Origin: Eledone cirrhosa
Lineage: Eukaryota
Assembly (NCBI GenBank): GCA_964016885.1
Contig: OZ024748.1
Span: 10,354,001 to 10,418,000 of the forward strand
Direction of reading: 5' to 3'
DNA length: 64,000 bases
The notes beneath the pieces were generated by a model, which was given only the letters and a program-made list of their open reading frames with translations, ran no database searches and was not told the origin of the DNA. This document shows positions 60,664 through 64,000 of the stretch, piece after piece. The first letter of the stretch is position 1. Every line of letters starts with the position of its first letter. Both the position numbers and the translations under genes were made by a program.

Positions 60664-63600
60664 CCTCATCATCTTTGTTTAACATCCATTTTCCACGCTA
60701 GCATGGGTTAGACGGGAGTTGTTTCACTTGAGGCAAGGCTGGTCGGGTGACCGTGTCTCGCTCATATAGGACTATCTGGCAGGTTTTCTACGGCTGGATG
60801 CCCTTCCTAACACCAACTACATTTACAGTGTGGAACTGGGAACTTTTTACCGTGTTACCTACATCACCACATTACACCGTGGACTGTGTGTGTTTTTTGT
60901 CGTGACACCTACACGATCTCGATCTCATTATCTCGTGCTGTTGGTGGGAGTGGGAGGATAGGGTAGGTGTAGTGGATTGGGGTGTATATTTGGTGCCTAC
61001 TGATTGTAGGTTTTGCTTTGTGCATAGGCAAGGCGGGTCTTCTGTATTACTGCGTAGCGCCAAAGATCTCGGTCCAGAGACATTGTCTTAGAGAGATGTA
61101 AGTGTGTAAGGTCGGAATTTATCAGATCGTCCCAGGTGTTTCTGGGTCTACCTACTCCGTAACTACCATCAATTTTGATCGCCCTGCACTTTTTTATGCA
61201 GTTGTCGTCTTTCATGCGCATCACGTGACCATACCAACATAGTCTTCTCTCAAGTAAACAGCATCTGATCCCTCTTATTCCTAATTTCTCACTTAGTTCA
61301 TTTATGCTTTGCCGTTCATGTATATTACTATTACACATCCAACAGAGCATGCATGCTTCATTCCTTTCCAGTCTACGCAGGTCCTCTGCACGTAATGCCC
61401 ATGTCTCACTGCCATGTAGCATTGCTGTTTGTATACAAGTATCATACAATCTGCCTTTCATTTTTAGAGAGAAACCTTTTGTGGCCAACAGCGGTATACG
61501 CTCTCTGAACTTTTTCCATCCCATTCTGACTCTGGCTACTGTACTTTCAGAATACCCTCCACCACTGCTGATTTTGTCACCTAGGTAACGGGTGTCTACT
61601 ATTTCTATAGAACCATCTGGTCAATAGAAGGAGCTAGTATCCTTTGGATACTTGCTACTTATTGCACCTGAGCATTGGCCACATATAAAGTCTACGTTCT
61701 TAGATAGTTTACCTGTGATCCCACTACATCTTTTATGTACCCATACTTTGCATTTGGGACATAAAATGGAATTTCTGCCTACTCCTTTCCTACACACTGA
61801 GCATGGCCATTTCCCTGAGGGCACCTGTGTCCTATTTTCCTTTCTACAAACTAGAACTTTAGTCTTAGACAAGTTAACTTTAAGGCCTTTTGATTCTAGG
61901 CCATGCTTCCATGTTTCGAATTTCTTCTCTAGTTTAGCCATTGATTCAGCTATGAGCGTTAGATCATCTGCGTATAGGAGTTCCCTGGGGCAGCCGGTCT
62001 TGAACTCCTCTGTTATAGCCTGAAGGGCAATAATAAATAAGAGGGGGCTAAGGACAGAGCCTTGATGAACGCTAACTTTTACACTAAATTCTTCACACTA
62101 TTCATTGTTAATTCTAACCTTACTGACTGTTTCATTATACATAGCTTGTATAGCTCTCACAAGCCATTCATCTACACCTAGTTTTCTAAGAGCCCACCAG
62201 ATAATGGAGCAGGGGACTCTGTCAAAAGCTTTCTCCAGGTCTACAAAAGCTAAGTAGAGGGGTTTACTTTTAGCTAGGTACTTCTCTTGTAGTTGTCGTA
62301 CAAGTAAAAGAGCGTCTGTGGTACTTTAACCTGACACAAACCCAAACTGCATTTCATCTAGATCAATTTGCTCTCTGATTAGTTGCGCTATAACTCTTTC
62401 TGTGACCTTCATGACCTGGTCAACTAACTTAGTGCCTCTATAGTTTCCCCTATCTAGAGCATCCCCTTTACCCTTGTAGCAGTTAATGATGATGCTGCTA
62501 CGCCAGTCTTTTGGTATGACCCGATTCTGTATTACTTGGTTAACTATACGGGTGACCATAGTGTGTCCCACCATACCAGATGCCTTCAACATCTCAGCAA
62601 CTATCTCCGAAGGCCCAGCTGCCTTGCCTGTCTTCATATCTTTGATTGCTTTACTTATTATACTACCTTTAACTTGCACCACTGGTCCTTCTATTGGATC
62701 GATTTGGGGCAGACTATCTTTTTCCCATTTATTCTCCTCATTTAATAGTCTCTCGTAGTGACACTTCCAGGCTATCTTCTTATTAGTATCAGTGAGCGCA
62801 AGTACAGCATTATCATTACGGACACACTTCTCCCCGACAATATCACGGTTTTCCTTGACACATTGTCTAGCAATCCTGAACACCTCACGTTTTTGGTCCT
62901 CACGTTGTAGAACATGCTTGAACTTTCTATCCTCTGCTACCCTTTATGCAAGGTACACTTGTCTCCTAGTTTCTCTCCTGCCCACTTGATAGTGCTCTCT
63001 ACTTCCCCCATCCTGCCATACTTTCCAAGCCTGCTTTTTGGCCTTGATTGTCTCTTCTACCTTACTGTTCCACCACCAAGTTACTCTCCTCCTGCCAAAA
63101 GGTCTGCTCCAGCCACAGATTTCATCCGTTGCTTTCAGCAGGTTCACTTTCAAGAATTGCCACTGTTCCTCTATATCGCACGTCTCTAATTGCTCTTCCT
63201 TATTGTCAAAGGCATCAAGTAATAAGATTTTAAATTTGTCACTGGCTATGGGGTCCTTCAACTTCCATATTCTTCTCCTCTGTCGTCGAGTACGTCTATT
63301 CCTGACTACTAGGCTATATGGGGAGGTGTATTCTTCACGGGGGAGGGATTTAGTGTTTACAACAGACATTTTGTCCCGTCTTCTAGTAAGGATATAATCT
63401 ATCTGGCTGGCGTGTTCCCTTGATCTATAGGTGATCAAGTGGTTTTCACGTTTTTTGAAGTTTGTGTTACAGATAGTTAGGCTATTTGTGTCACAGAATT
63501 CCAGGATTCTGAAACCCTCCTCATTTCTATTTCCAACCCCATAGCCTCCATGGATTCCATCATCGCCATCACTATGTTGTTCAACGTAACCGTTTAGATC

Positions 63601-64000
63601 GCCAGTAATAATTAAGTAGTCACTGTCGGTTATTTGGGAGGTAGTGTGCATTAGCATCTCATAGAACCTGTCCTTTATAACATCAGGTAGACCAGATTGG
63701 GGTGCATAAGCAGATATTATTGTCACAGTAGTTCTATTTAGAACTAGTCTTAATTCAATTATTCTGTCATTCACTCTGTTTACGTAAATTACCTTATCTA
63801 CCCATTTTTCAGCTAACATAATTCCTACACTACCCTGTCCGCTGTCATTTCTCACCCAGAAAAGTTTATAGCATCGTTTTTTACCCACGATGAATCTGGC
63901 AGACCCCCCTCTCCACTTAGTCTCTTGAATACAACAAACATCAACTTCTTTACGTTCAAGAATCTCTACAACCTCATTTGAGCGACCTTTCAATGTGCCT
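60663..64000 (-). mobile_element. RTE-type non-LTR retrotransposon (LINE) with disrupted ORF: APE endonuclease, RT, PHD-like finger, C-terminus and 3' UTR
   Basis: ORF pieces: 62944-63993 (IQETKW, SAYAPQ, GDLNG, QIDYIL); 62326-62883 (NYRG.KL, QFGF); HQGSVLSPLLF near 62050; YADD at 61963-61974; 61621-61941 (Cys-rich finger); 60997-61524 (LHGSETW, WYGHV, GRPRNTW). The 3' UTR ends in a GAT-type tail. Frameshifts and stops are present. Confidence 0.95.

Overview
Eukaryotic, AT-rich, intron- and microsatellite-rich DNA. The repeat landscape of (TA)n tracts, RTE LINE tails and tRNA-derived SINEs suggests a cephalopod such as Octopus, but the organism is an inference. Three spliced housekeeping genes can be reconstructed by hand. 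(1) The first coding exon of cyclin T (minus, 1917-1757) ends in a minor-spliceosome (U12) donor. (2) A complete 9-exon KANSL2 CDS (plus, 11689-29153, 602 aa) contains a GT-AG U12 intron and a Q/S/P-rich C-terminal extension. (3) The last seven coding exons of DHX38/PRP16 (minus, 52446-32777) are convergent with KANSL2. Introns carry a disrupted RTE-type LINE with a PHD-like finger, many truncated LINE tails, SINEs with target-site duplications, piggyBac/mariner/hAT-like MITEs, a Helitron fragment and several minisatellites, including about 6.3 kb of a 49-mer. The most notable observations are: multiple minimal hammerhead-ribozyme-like cores in (TA)n-flanked inverted repeats (Penelope/retrozyme-like); minisatellites visibly born inside retroelement copies; cyclin T-KANSL2 linkage as in human, with both genes carrying U12 introns; and a palindromic bidirectional poly(A) signal. 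No prokaryotic-type system (CRISPR etc.) is present, and most long ORFs in the track are repeat artefacts.
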